Positions 9,521 through 18,668 of a stretch of 64,000 nucleotides of DNA are shown here, piece by piece (the stretch's first letter is position 1; each line of letters starts with the position of its first letter). The translations under genes were made by a program, and so were the position numbers. Where the stretch lies: contig JAWBTQ010000001.1 of assembly GCA_038841535.1 (NCBI GenBank), positions 64,001 through 128,000 of the forward strand, given 5' to 3'. This DNA comes from Sulfolobales archaeon. Lineage in GTDB: Archaea; Thermoproteota; Thermoprotei_A; Sulfolobales; NBVN01. The notes beneath the pieces are model-generated. The model did no database searches, was not told the origin of the DNA, and saw only the letters and a program-made list of their open reading frames with translations.

Positions 9521-9590
9521 AAACCTCGCTTGTCAGGGCAGGGGGAGGTCAGAGTTGAAGCCACCGCTCTTTAGGACTGAATGGAGTAGG
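9521..9590 (+). mobile_element. Degenerate IS200/IS605-type right-end remnants
   Basis: AACCTCGCTTGTCAGGGCAGGGGGAGGTCAG resembles the crenarchaeal IS605 end (ACCCTCGCCCTTCAGGGCGGGGAGGAGGTCAG). It is followed by GAAGCCACCGCTCTTTAGG. Confidence 0.5.
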
Positions 9591-9606
9591 GTGGGGCTCT
9601 CTGGAG

Positions 9607-10173
9607 TCACGGTTGCGGGGGACTGAAGACGCTGCTAAGTACAGTTTGAGGGAGTCTATCTCTATTAACTTCAGTAACCATGAAGTACAGGGTTCTGAAG
9701 GACTTCGATGCGAAGAGCTTCTTCACTTCTTCAGCTAGCCTTGCGTGTACTACGGCTATCGCTGGCTTAGGTCCGTATAGCGTACTCCATATCTTTTCTC
9801 TTAGCTCCACTACCTTGAGCTCCATAGGGCCTACTTCATCTATGGCAACGAAGTCGCACTCTCGCTCTGCGTACTCCAGAGACCTCACTCCAACTAAAAC
9901 TGCGTCATCTGCTTTAACGCAGTACTTTCCTACAGATATACTACTCAGACCACTCATTTCCCCGCACACGTACGAGAGAACCCCCTCTAGTGGGAGCCCG
10001 ATAGAGACTATCTTAAAGCCTTTCCTCACTCTGCCAACCCTTATCTCAGGGCAGTAAAACCCGCATACTTTATAACCTCTAGTCCTCAAACCTTCTACAA
10101 CCTTCATGAACACCGTCGACTTCCCCACTCCAGGTCTACCAGTGATCAACACCTTTACAGTAAGTTCCTCCAT
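9607..10173 (-). CDS. Nucleoside triphosphatase, THEP1 family
   Basis: ITGRPGVGKST Walker A, AIDEVGPMEL. Confidence 0.92.
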   Translation of the reverse strand: MEELTVKVLITGRPGVGKSTVFMKVVEGLRTRGYKVCGFYCPEIRVGRVRKGFKIVSIGLPLEGVLSYVCGEMSGLSSISVGKYCVKADDAVLVGVRSLEYAERECDFVAIDEVGPMELKVVELREKIWSTLYGPKPAIAVVHARLAEEVKKLFASKSFRTLYFMVTEVNRDRLPQTVLSSVFSPPQP

Positions 10174-10290
10174 CTAGATCCAGCCACAAAACCTCTACCG
10201 ACTATAATTAAAACAGCAGCTAGAACTAAATAGCAAACATAAAGCAAGTTTTTTAAGTACTGTCAAGCAGAGTCACGTGGTGTACTAAAG

Positions 10291-10971
10291 ATACGGAAGG
10301 TAGTAGTTAAAGTAACTGGTAAGGTGTTTGATAATGAGAACGGTGCTAACGTTCTAGCAGGTCTTTCTAGCCTTATTAGTAGTAAGGCAGATGAAGGATA
10401 TAGATTTGCTGTAGTAGTTGGTGGAGGAAGGAGAGCAAGAGATTACATCGAGCTAGGGAGAAGGCTCGGGTTAAGCGAGGGGCAGCTAGATGCTGTAGGT
10501 ATCGAAGTTAGTAGAGTAAATGCAGCACTACTAGCTTTTGCCCTAGGTCCAAGAGCCTACCTACCCATACCTAGAAGCATAGACGAGTTCCTGAGGGCGT
10601 GGACTTCCGGTAAAGTCGTTGTCCTTGGAGGTCTGCAGCCTGGGCAGTCTACTAATGCCGTAGCAGCAATTGTAGCAGAAATGACCAACGCAGATCTCAT
10701 ACTGAACGCTACCGATGTCGATGGCATATACGACTCTAACCCAAAGATGAACCCTCAAGCTAGGCTCTTAAAAGAAGTACACATTGGGGAACTAGAGGAA
10801 ATGCTCTCAGATAAGGAGCTAGCGGGATACTACGAGCTATTTGACCGCGTAGGGCTAAACATAGTAAAGAGAAGCAAGATCCCGCTAGTCTTTCTTAGCA
10901 TATACAACACTGAAAACATACGGAGAGCTGTCAATGGAGAAGAATTCGTCGGAACTAGAATAGTATATTAA
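10291..10971 (+). CDS. pyrH: UMP kinase
   Basis: VVVGGG..ARDYI, GGLQPGQSTNAVAA, ATDVDGIYDSNP. The conserved N-terminal strand VVVKVTGK lies upstream of the GTG at 10324, so the start is uncertain. Confidence 0.93.
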   Translation: MRKVVVKVTGKVFDNENGANVLAGLSSLISSKADEGYRFAVVVGGGRRARDYIELGRRLGLSEGQLDAVGIEVSRVNAALLAFALGPRAYLPIPRSIDEFLRAWTSGKVVVLGGLQPGQSTNAVAAIVAEMTNADLILNATDVDGIYDSNPKMNPQARLLKEVHIGELEEMLSDKELAGYYELFDRVGLNIVKRSKIPLVFLSIYNTENIRRAVNGEEFVGTRIVY

Positions 10972-11118
10972 CAACACTTGAGTTAAAACGAAAACATACG
11001 AAAGGACACTAGTATCTAGATCGTTATGCATGAAACCCAACTCGTAGAATGAGTCTCACTTAGAGACTACAAGAATGTCCACTTAAGTGAAAAAGACCTT
11101 TTATCTAAGCTTTCTTGA

Positions 11119-11673
11119 CTAACCGTAACCTAGAGTAAGGTATATAGCATTAGCTAATATACGGAAAGTGTTCTCTGGATGAGCTCTAAATGTCGGGTCT
11201 ATCCCAATTAAAACGACTATGGAACCTGTACTGCTAGTTCCGTGAACTATAACCGGCATACTTGCGGCACCGCTTTCCTTCCAGCGACTCCACATGCCAG
11301 AGACGAAGAATTCGCCTGTAAATATACGAGCGGATACCTTTACACCTACACCAACTCGTGTAAACCAAACAGGTCCATAGACGACGGCGTAGTCGTTCTC
11401 CGGGTATTGCGCTGTAATCGGATCTGCCGTCGAGATCTCGATCTTTATGATTCCATTGTCATCTGATAAACCGGTCATATAGCTAACATCTAGTAACCCG
11501 TATCTAGTAGCCAGGTCTACTCCTGAACGGCAAACACCTATGTAGTTACCACCTCTATTGAAGAACTCTCTGAGAGTAGCCCTACCTGTGTCTGTGAGAA
11601 CTCCCCATAGAAGGGACCAGCTTGAATGTATGAAAATCGAATACTGGAAGCGCGCTCTTAGGAATAAGACGAC
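11119..11673 (-). pseudogene. 5'-truncated gene fragment, C-terminal GATase-like region of an M14-type peptidase
   Basis: Open frame with no start until 11478. Contains LREFFNRGGNYIGV..EFFVSGMW..VLIGIDPTFRAHP..LANAIY. Confidence 0.55.
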
Positions 11674-11761
11674 CTAATAACCTAACTTAAATTATACCAT
11701 TAATAGCATTTTCCGAAGTCCCTCTCGAGATTTTAGTAGGTGAGGTGCGGCCTTCAATGAG

Positions 11762-11846
11762 TGCGGGGGGTGGGATTTGAACCCACGCAGGCCTACGCCA
11801 TCGGGGCCTAAGCCCGACCCCTTCGACCTGGCTCGGGCACCCCCGC
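11762..11846 (-). tRNA. tRNA-Leu(TAG)
   Basis: GCGGGGGTGCCCGAGCCAGG..TCGGG-CTTAGGC-CCCGA, long variable arm, GGGTTCAAATCCC. Confidence 0.97.
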
Positions 11847-11985
11847 CCACAGAAACCTACAATAAAAGCGTAATAAGCTTTAGTTTAATGAAGTTGTTTC
11901 TATGTCTTATTCGCACCAAGTTGATGGGGTAGGCGTTTAGTTATGTCTATATACGTGCGTGTGTTTTACTCCTTGGTAAACTAGT

Positions 11986-12879
11986 TTGGTAAGTGAGTGG
12001 AGTAGGCTAGTTAGGGAGTCGCTGAAGCTAGACTTGGACAAGGATGTAGTTTTAGAGCTCGTTAGGAGAGTTATTGATGGGAGAAAGTACGTTATCGTCA
12101 GCTCTGTTGGGCTCTTTAAGAGTGTTGGCAGGTACTTTACTCACTTATTGAACTCTCTAACCGGCGTGAATGCTTTCTATTTAGAACCACACGAGTTGAC
12201 GTACTACGTCGCACCGTACGATGAGGGTAGAGAGACTGACGTGCTAGTCGTGACTACTCCAGAAGGTGTTAACGATCTCTACATACTGCTCGACCAGCTG
12301 ACTCTTACGGGACACAGAGTAGCACTCATCACTGAGCCTCTACCGGAGGCTGTTAAGCATAGGTTCGACTGGGTGGAGAGAGCTGAGGTAGCCTGGAACC
12401 GAATGGGCTTACTTAAGCTACTCTGCTTACTGGCCTACACCGCGTCAAGCCTGGGTAGAAAGGAGATACAGGTGAGAACTAGGAAGATTAAGGAAGAGTG
12501 CCTATCTCTCGCCGAGGTTGCCGACGACTTGGTGGAGAGGTACGATAGAGAGCTAAAGTCTATTAGAGAAGCTCTTTCAGAGCCCTACTTGATTACGTAC
12601 ACGCCTACTCTTGAGCCCGCTGCCGAACTGGCTTCACTAGTACTCAGTAAGAGTATTGCTGTCACTGTTGGAATCCCCATTTCCCACCTCTATGTAGGCA
12701 AGTTCTCCAGTAAGGTACTAGCTTTCACGAGTGACGTTGAGGTATACACCATTAGGTACTACTTCAATAAGATAGTCGAGAAGGGTGGTACGATAAACGA
12801 GGTTAGACTGAGAACAGACCCCCTCACAGCACCTCTATACGCACTACTCCTGCTCTACTACACAGCATCGGGGAGATAG
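11986..12879 (+). CDS. Hypothetical protein, possibly a degenerate double-SIS-domain protein
   Basis: 297-aa ORF with a tandem alpha/beta pattern, 1 nt upstream of the next gene. Confidence 0.6.
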   Translation: MVSEWSRLVRESLKLDLDKDVVLELVRRVIDGRKYVIVSSVGLFKSVGRYFTHLLNSLTGVNAFYLEPHELTYYVAPYDEGRETDVLVVTTPEGVNDLYILLDQLTLTGHRVALITEPLPEAVKHRFDWVERAEVAWNRMGLLKLLCLLAYTASSLGRKEIQVRTRKIKEECLSLAEVADDLVERYDRELKSIREALSEPYLITYTPTLEPAAELASLVLSKSIAVTVGIPISHLYVGKFSSKVLAFTSDVEVYTIRYYFNKIVEKGGTINEVRLRTDPLTAPLYALLLLYYTASGR

Positions 12880-12880
12880 G

Positions 12881-13588
12881 ATGAAGCTAGCTCTCCTAAC
12901 AGGCTCGACAGGTGTTTTAGGGAGAAAGCTCGTTCCCTATCTAGCAAAGAGCTATAGGCTGGTACTCCACTATAGAAGCTCTGAAGAAGTCTTCAGCGCG
13001 CTCCTATGCGATCCAGTAGTCAGAAACTCGCTGGCTAAAGCAATAAAGTGGGACTTTAGTGAGGAGAGTGTGGGAGGGTTTATAGATGAAGTCGTTGAGG
13101 TAGGTATACCCAGCTTAGTAATCCTCTCCGCATCACACTTCGATTCAACACCTCTAAGTAGAGTAAGTGAGGAACTATTTGATTACCTAGTTAGAGTAAA
13201 CCTAGTAGCACCTACATACATAGCTCTAAAATTGGGAATGATGATGGAGGAGGGGCTCATAGTTTTTCTAACAGACATGATAGCAACGTCTGGTCACGAA
13301 GTATATGTCGGTTTAAAGCCCTCACTACCTTACGTAGCATCTAGAGGCAGTCTTCACCATGTGGTTAGGTACTTATCTAAGGAGCTAGCACCTAGAGTTA
13401 GAGTAGTCGGGATCGCTGTAGGCTGGGTAGATAATCCTAGAGCAAGCAGAGAGCTGAGAGAGTTAGCCATTAAGTCCATTCCTACTAAGACTTTCGTAAA
13501 CCCTGAAGAGGTTTACCGACTTATAGAGCTCGCAGCAGGTTCTCCAAGTCTTAATGGGGTGTTCCTAACGATAAGTGGGGGAATATAA
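12881..13588 (+). CDS. Short-chain dehydrogenase/reductase (pteridine reductase-like)
   Basis: TGSTGVLG, LHYRSS, VNL, YVASR, ELAPRVRV, ISGG. Confidence 0.85.
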   Translation: MKLALLTGSTGVLGRKLVPYLAKSYRLVLHYRSSEEVFSALLCDPVVRNSLAKAIKWDFSEESVGGFIDEVVEVGIPSLVILSASHFDSTPLSRVSEELFDYLVRVNLVAPTYIALKLGMMMEEGLIVFLTDMIATSGHEVYVGLKPSLPYVASRGSLHHVVRYLSKELAPRVRVVGIAVGWVDNPRASRELRELAIKSIPTKTFVNPEEVYRLIELAAGSPSLNGVFLTISGGI

Positions 13589-13593
13589 ATTAA

Positions 13594-13648
13594 GGTTCAG
13601 CCGCGGGTTCAGATATCACCACTCAACCCTTGTAAGACTCATCACGTC
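13594..13648 (-). ncRNA. C/D box guide sRNA, predicted tRNA targets
   Basis: Minus strand reads GTGATGA-GTCTTACAAGGG-TTGA-GTGGTGA-TATCTGAACCCGCGG-CTGA. Guides complement CCCUUGUAAG and (C/U)CGCGGGUUCA. Confidence 0.75.
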
Positions 13649-13805
13649 ACTACCTACTCTCTAAGTCCACACACTGAGTTGCTGTAGGCTTTATAACATA
13701 GTGAAGCCATTTCGAACCAGTCGGTGTGGGATTAGAGCTCCCCACTTAAGGACCTGCGATATTAAGGTTATTTCAGTCAGCAGAACAAGATATGGGATTG
13801 AGCTA

Positions 13806-15026
13806 GTGGAAGATGTAGTTACTGAAGTGATTAGGAAGGCCCTGGGTGAGAGTAAGGTCTTTAGGAATAGAGAAGCTCTCGCAAGCGATTATGTGCCTGA
13901 CAAGCTCCCACATAGAGAGGAATACATTAAGAGGATCGCTGAGTTACTATCGCCTGCCCTAAGAGGTGAGAAGCCTAGCAACATACTCATATACGGTCTC
14001 ACCGGGACCGGTAAGACGGCCGTCGTAAAGTACGTTATGAAGCGCTTCGAAGAGCATGCTGAGAAAGTAGGTATAGAGCTGTTTAAGTTTTCTTACGTAA
14101 ACTGCCGCAATGAAGACACTAATTACAGGGTTTTATTTAAGATAGGTTCGGATCTCGGTGTTAAGATCCCGTTCACAGGTCTATCAGTAGCCGAGCTTCA
14201 CAATAGGCTACGCGACTACGTAGACTCTAGAAAGCTTTCTGTAACTATCGTTCTAGACGAAATAGACTTTCTTGTAAAGAAGGTGGGTGACGACCTTCTG
14301 TATAGACTAACTAGAATCAACGACGAGCTTACGCGAAGTAAGGTCAGTATAGTAGGTGTAACCAACGACGTCAAATTTGTGGAGACTCTAGATCCCCGCG
14401 TTAGATCAAGCCTTGGAGAAGTTGAGGTAGTTTTTCCACCTTATGACGCGCTCCAGCTCGCAGACATACTGAGAGAGAGGGCAGCATTAGCGTTTAAGGA
14501 AGGCGTGCTCGAGGAGGGTGTTATAGAGTACTGCGCGTCTGCGGCAGCTAGAGAGCATGGAGATGCCAGAAGAGCTCTAGATCTCCTGAGGTTTGCTGGT
14601 GAAATCGCGGAGCGCGAGGGAGTAGCTAGGGTGAGCATAGCGCACGCTAGAAAAGCTCGTGAAGAGCTAGAGGTAAACGCAGCCACGGAAGTCGTTCGAA
14701 CTCTACCCTATCACAGCAAGCTGGTGCTCCTGTCTCTAGCAGTCATGAAAGGCTTTGCGGAAAGCACTGGCAGTCTCTACCTTGCATACAGGAGGGTATG
14801 TGAGGCTCTCGGAGTAGAGCCCTTAACTCAGAGGAGAGTTAGCGACATAATTAACGAGCTTGATATGCTCGGAGTTCTAACTTCTAAAGTAGTCAATAAG
14901 GGTCGCTACGGCAAGACTAAGGAGGTGAGCTTGGGGGTAGACCCCGCTACAGTACTGAAAGTACTTAGCTCAGACAGTAGGATTGGTGAGTATGTTAAGT
15001 CAGTTAAGATTAGTGGGAATAGATGA
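13806..15026 (+). CDS. cdc6: Orc1/Cdc6 replication initiator
   Basis: YVPDKLPHRE, GLTGTGKT, VLDEID, HGDARRALDLL, winged-helix C-terminus. Start trimmed to the GTG at 13806. Confidence 0.95.
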   Translation: MEDVVTEVIRKALGESKVFRNREALASDYVPDKLPHREEYIKRIAELLSPALRGEKPSNILIYGLTGTGKTAVVKYVMKRFEEHAEKVGIELFKFSYVNCRNEDTNYRVLFKIGSDLGVKIPFTGLSVAELHNRLRDYVDSRKLSVTIVLDEIDFLVKKVGDDLLYRLTRINDELTRSKVSIVGVTNDVKFVETLDPRVRSSLGEVEVVFPPYDALQLADILRERAALAFKEGVLEEGVIEYCASAAAREHGDARRALDLLRFAGEIAEREGVARVSIAHARKAREELEVNAATEVVRTLPYHSKLVLLSLAVMKGFAESTGSLYLAYRRVCEALGVEPLTQRRVSDIINELDMLGVLTSKVVNKGRYGKTKEVSLGVDPATVLKVLSSDSRIGEYVKSVKISGNR

Positions 15027-15579
15027 CGGGTTTTTCCCACCCGACTACAAAGAGCTGAAGCTAAGGACTATCTTGGTAGGAACTCTATATAGAGGCAGGA
15101 AACCAGTTGACGTCAAGTTAAGAACTATAACAGTAGATGGTACTGACGGCACTGAGAAAGCTGTTGAAATACTCGGTAGCTTGGGAGAGTCTGACGCTGT
15201 TTTTCTAGACGGTGTTACTGTAGCTGGGTTCAACGTAGTAGACCCGGAGGCCCTCCTTAAGCTCAGTAAGTCTGTAGTGGTAATCTACAAGTTTGAACCT
15301 GACATAGATAGAATAGAGAGAGCGCTCAAACACCACTTCAGTGACTGGAGGTTTAGGTACGACATAATACTTAGAGCCTACTCGAGGTCCAGCCTCGTGA
15401 GAACTAAATGGAAAACTATGAGGATAGCTGTATTCGGGGATACAGGTATGGGAGTCGACAGGCTAGTCTCCTACACTCAGCTCGTTTCATCTATTCCAGA
15501 ACCCCTTAGAGCGTCAGACATTATAGCATCAGCTATATCTAGAAACCCGGCTTTGCTGAGTAAGATATCTAGTGAATAA
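14983..15579 (+). CDS. DUF99 / endonuclease V-like protein
   Basis: VGIDDG, VDGTD, LDGVTVAGFNVVD, PEPLRAS. Confidence 0.85.
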   Translation: MVSMLSQLRLVGIDDGFFPPDYKELKLRTILVGTLYRGRKPVDVKLRTITVDGTDGTEKAVEILGSLGESDAVFLDGVTVAGFNVVDPEALLKLSKSVVVIYKFEPDIDRIERALKHHFSDWRFRYDIILRAYSRSSLVRTKWKTMRIAVFGDTGMGVDRLVSYTQLVSSIPEPLRASDIIASAISRNPALLSKISSE

Positions 15580-15657
15580 GTAAGTTCCTAGTTCCACTGA
15601 GGTTCAGCAACCTATACTACCAGCTACCATCAGGTAAGGTACTTTAAGTAGTTTCAA

Positions 15658-16248
15658 TTACAAAATTTCCTCAGTCGAGAACTCCTCAGTAATCTCTCTT
15701 AACGCACCTATCTCATCCAGTTTCCTGTAGATGTTTTGTACAGCTAAAACTACTTCCTCCTCACTCTTAGCTCCAGTTATGACCATCTTACCACTACTGA
15801 ATATTAAGAGAACAACTCGTGGATTACTCATCTTGTGTATTAGCCCGGGAAACTGCTCTGGTTCATACATTACGTTATCTAAGTACTCTGCCGCTATCTC
15901 TAAGTTAACCTCGGTGTTTAAGTTGGCTGAAGCTACAACGTTTTGTATCTGTATCCTCGGCTTCCCAGTTACGAGAATCCCGTGCTTGTAGAATAGCCTA
16001 AGTATCCTCTTAAACCCCTTAATGAGCATCTCAGTCTTTTTAGCACCAGTAATCACCATCTTACCCGTTCCAAAGACTAGGGCGGTGAGCTTGGGGTTAT
16101 CGAGTCTTAAAACAAGCCCCGGAAACTCTTCCGGGTCGTACTCGACGTTAGGTATGGATCTAGCTATAGCTCCTAAGTCGAGTCCTTGCTCCAGCGTAAC
16201 TGTAGCAACAATGTTCTCAATCTTAATTAGAGGAGTAACTCTACTCAC
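15658..16248 (-). CDS. tbp: TATA-box binding protein
   Basis: Two repeats of [35 protein letters not shown], acidic tail. Confidence 0.98.
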   Translation of the reverse strand: MSRVTPLIKIENIVATVTLEQGLDLGAIARSIPNVEYDPEEFPGLVLRLDNPKLTALVFGTGKMVITGAKKTEMLIKGFKRILRLFYKHGILVTGKPRIQIQNVVASANLNTEVNLEIAAEYLDNVMYEPEQFPGLIHKMSNPRVVLLIFSSGKMVITGAKSEEEVVLAVQNIYRKLDEIGALREITEEFSTEEIL

Positions 16249-16394
16249 ATTACACCCTATGTAGGAGACTAATAAGGCTTATAAAGTTTATAAACCCGAG
16301 GTACGTCCCGCAGTAGCTAACATCAAGATTAGGGACCAGATGATGCCGCGGATTTACCGCTTCTCTACTCACCATCTCGTTATAAGCTATCTAA

Positions 16395-17177
16395 ATGAAA
16401 CTTGTTGGAGTGAGAGAGCTGGAGCTAGTGCCTGGGCTAGAGATAGTGGGTGAGCTCCCAGTAGCTTACTCTAGAAGGCATAGAACACTTATTCTTGCTG
16501 ACGTCCACATAGGGTTCGAGGAAGAGGTGCTATCGAGAGGTGGGTTCATACCCCGCTTTCAGCTCAAGAACACTATCAGGATATTGGAGGACGCTTTCAA
16601 TAGAGTGAGTGCTGAGAGAGTAGTGTTCGCTGGAGACCTAAAGCACTTGTTTGATGCGCTAGGTCGGTTGGAGAGAGTGGAGCTAATGGAGCTACTGACG
16701 TACGTCAAGAAGCACGTAGGTAGTGTGGTAGTCGTGCGCGGTAATCACGACAACTTCTTACCAGCAATGAGGAAGTGGATAGAGTTCGATATGGTAGATA
16801 GCTACTCTTTGCCACCGTACCTGATACTACACGGACACAAACCTCTAAGGGAGGAGCTACACTATCAGCAATGGGAGTACTTAATCATAGGGCACGAACA
16901 CCCTAGCATAGCGCTCAGGGACCCTATCGGCATAGTCGGAAAGTTCTCGTGCTTCCTCGTTGGAGCCATGCCCGCCATAAAGAAGAACATAGTCATACTG
17001 CCGGCCGTTGGAGCATACCAGACAGGGTCTAAAGTAACTCTAATGCGTGAGACGTATCTCTCACCAGTAGTTAAGGAACATGTAGACGTTGAAACCATCA
17101 AGCCTATAGTCGTTGGTACTGATATAGGAGTCCTTGAGTTTCCAACCCTCAGAGAACTTTATGACATAATAATATAG
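16395..17177 (+). CDS. Calcineurin-like metallophosphoesterase
   Basis: ADVHIG, GDLKH, RGNHD, HGH, GHEHP. Confidence 0.9.
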   Translation: MKLVGVRELELVPGLEIVGELPVAYSRRHRTLILADVHIGFEEEVLSRGGFIPRFQLKNTIRILEDAFNRVSAERVVFAGDLKHLFDALGRLERVELMELLTYVKKHVGSVVVVRGNHDNFLPAMRKWIEFDMVDSYSLPPYLILHGHKPLREELHYQQWEYLIIGHEHPSIALRDPIGIVGKFSCFLVGAMPAIKKNIVILPAVGAYQTGSKVTLMRETYLSPVVKEHVDVETIKPIVVGTDIGVLEFPTLRELYDIII

Positions 17178-17239
17178 AAACCACTTCTCTATCCAACATA
17201 TACTCCTCAAAACTCGCTACACTTCGCTAGATAAAGCAG

Positions 17240-17527
17240 GAGAGTTTAAGCAGCTGTTTCGAGTGGGATTCCAGGTATCGCGGTGGTTTATGCTGGTTGC
17301 TTTATCTCCTCGTTTCCGCTTCACCAGTACAGGTCTTGTAACCGCATGACCACTGGTGGCTTTCAGTGTGACCTACCTGGAGCACTAAACGCTTTAGGTA
17401 CGCAGGACAAGTAGATTATATTATCAACCAATACAAAACCTAAGGAGGCTAAACGAGGCTGAAGTAGTTCAAGCCTCGTACCACAGCTAATCAACTACAT
17501 TACTATAGGGAGGGGGGATGTTTTCAA
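17240..17527 (+). mobile_element. Highly decayed IS200/IS605 (tnpB 3' end and right end) remnant
   Basis: Relic codons DLPGALNAL (cf. TnpB D.NGALNI) followed by CTATAGGGAGGGGGGATGTTTTCA, which resembles a right end. Confidence 0.4.
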
Positions 17528-17564
17528 TTGCTGAAAAATTATCGAATGTAGGAGTAGCTAGTGC

Positions 17565-17619
17565 GAGTCAGTGTGAACTAGTGTCTTCACCTATCTAAGG
17601 CTGCCCACTTCATCATCTA
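17565..17619 (-). ncRNA. C/D box guide sRNA (D' guide predicted for 23S U2552)
   Basis: Minus strand reads ATGATGA-AGTGGGCAGCCT-TAGA-TAG-GTGAAGA-CACTAGTTCACA-CTGA. Confidence 0.8.
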
Positions 17620-17699
17620 TGTTGCAGTTGGTTTTGTTACTATTAAATTTATTTTTATACCGTATTTACTAAATTAGTGTGAATAAGACGGTGTCGTGA

Positions 17700-18662
17700 A
17701 TGTCGTCTGCTTTACTTAGTGTAAGCGATGTGAGGATATACTACTACACGCTTACCGGGATAGTTAGAGCTGTTGATGGTGTAAGCTTTCAGTTAGCGGA
17801 AGGAGAGGTTCTAGGCATCGCTGGAGAGTCGGGTTGCGGGAAGTCTACACTAGGCTACGGTCTTCTGGGACTAATCCCACCTCCAGGTAGGATCGTGCGT
17901 GGGTCTATTGTTTTAGATGGTATAGACATTGCCAAGCTCAAGCCAGCTGAATTGAGAAAGGTGAGGTGGGCTAAGGTCAGTATGGTCTTTCAGGGAGCTA
18001 TGAACGCTCTAAACCCTGTATACACGGTAGGTCATCAGCTAGCTGAGCCACTAGTCCTCCACAAAGGCTTGAGCGTGAAGGAATCCCTAGATGTAGCTTC
18101 TGAAATGGTTAAAAGAGTCGGTCTAACACCAGAAGTCCTCAAGAGATACCCTCACGAGTTAAGTGGAGGTATGAAGCAGAGAGTTATGATAGCTATGGCT
18201 CTCCTTCTAAAGCCCAGGTTAGTTATTGCCGATGAGCCTACTACGGCCCTCGATGTAGTGATTCAAGCACAAATAATGAATCTATTTAAAGAGATCAGGC
18301 AGGCGGAGAGAAACGCTATGATCTTCATAACCCACGACCTCAGCTTAATTGCTGAGATAGCAGATAAGACGGGTGTTATGTACGCTGGAAAGATGGTCGA
18401 AATAGGGTCTTCTGAGTCAGTCTTTGGCAACCCACTTCACCCGTATACCCAGGGACTTCTTAGGAGCATTCCAAGGCTGAAGGGGAAGGAGAAGATCACT
18501 TGGATTCCCGGGGTTCCTCCAGACCTCAGAATGCCTCCTCCTGGTTGTAGGTTCCACCCGAGGTGCCCGTACGCAATGGACGTCTGCAGGTCTGAAGAAC
18601 CCCCAGAAATAGAAGTAGAGAAAGGACGCACAGTTTCTTGCTGGCTCTACGCAAAGAGGTGA
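17700..18662 (+). CDS. oppD: Oligopeptide/dipeptide ABC transporter ATPase, OppD/DppD type
   Basis: GESGCGKS, LSGGMKQR, ADEPTTALD, C-terminal GCRFHPRC..C..C. Confidence 0.93.
   Translation: MSSALLSVSDVRIYYYTLTGIVRAVDGVSFQLAEGEVLGIAGESGCGKSTLGYGLLGLIPPPGRIVRGSIVLDGIDIAKLKPAELRKVRWAKVSMVFQGAMNALNPVYTVGHQLAEPLVLHKGLSVKESLDVASEMVKRVGLTPEVLKRYPHELSGGMKQRVMIAMALLLKPRLVIADEPTTALDVVIQAQIMNLFKEIRQAERNAMIFITHDLSLIAEIADKTGVMYAGKMVEIGSSESVFGNPLHPYTQGLLRSIPRLKGKEKITWIPGVPPDLRMPPPGCRFHPRCPYAMDVCRSEEPPEIEVEKGRTVSCWLYAKR
18537..18658 (+). repeat. 122-bp perfect direct repeat, copy 1 (3' end of oppD)
   Basis: Identical to 19599-19720. Confidence 0.95.
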
Positions 18663-18668
18663 TGAGCT

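Noticed and set aside
13589-13805. Replication origin (ORB repeats) upstream of cdc6
   Set aside because: No TCCA..GAAA/G-string ORB motifs or AT-rich unwinding element seen; the gap holds a C/D sRNA instead.
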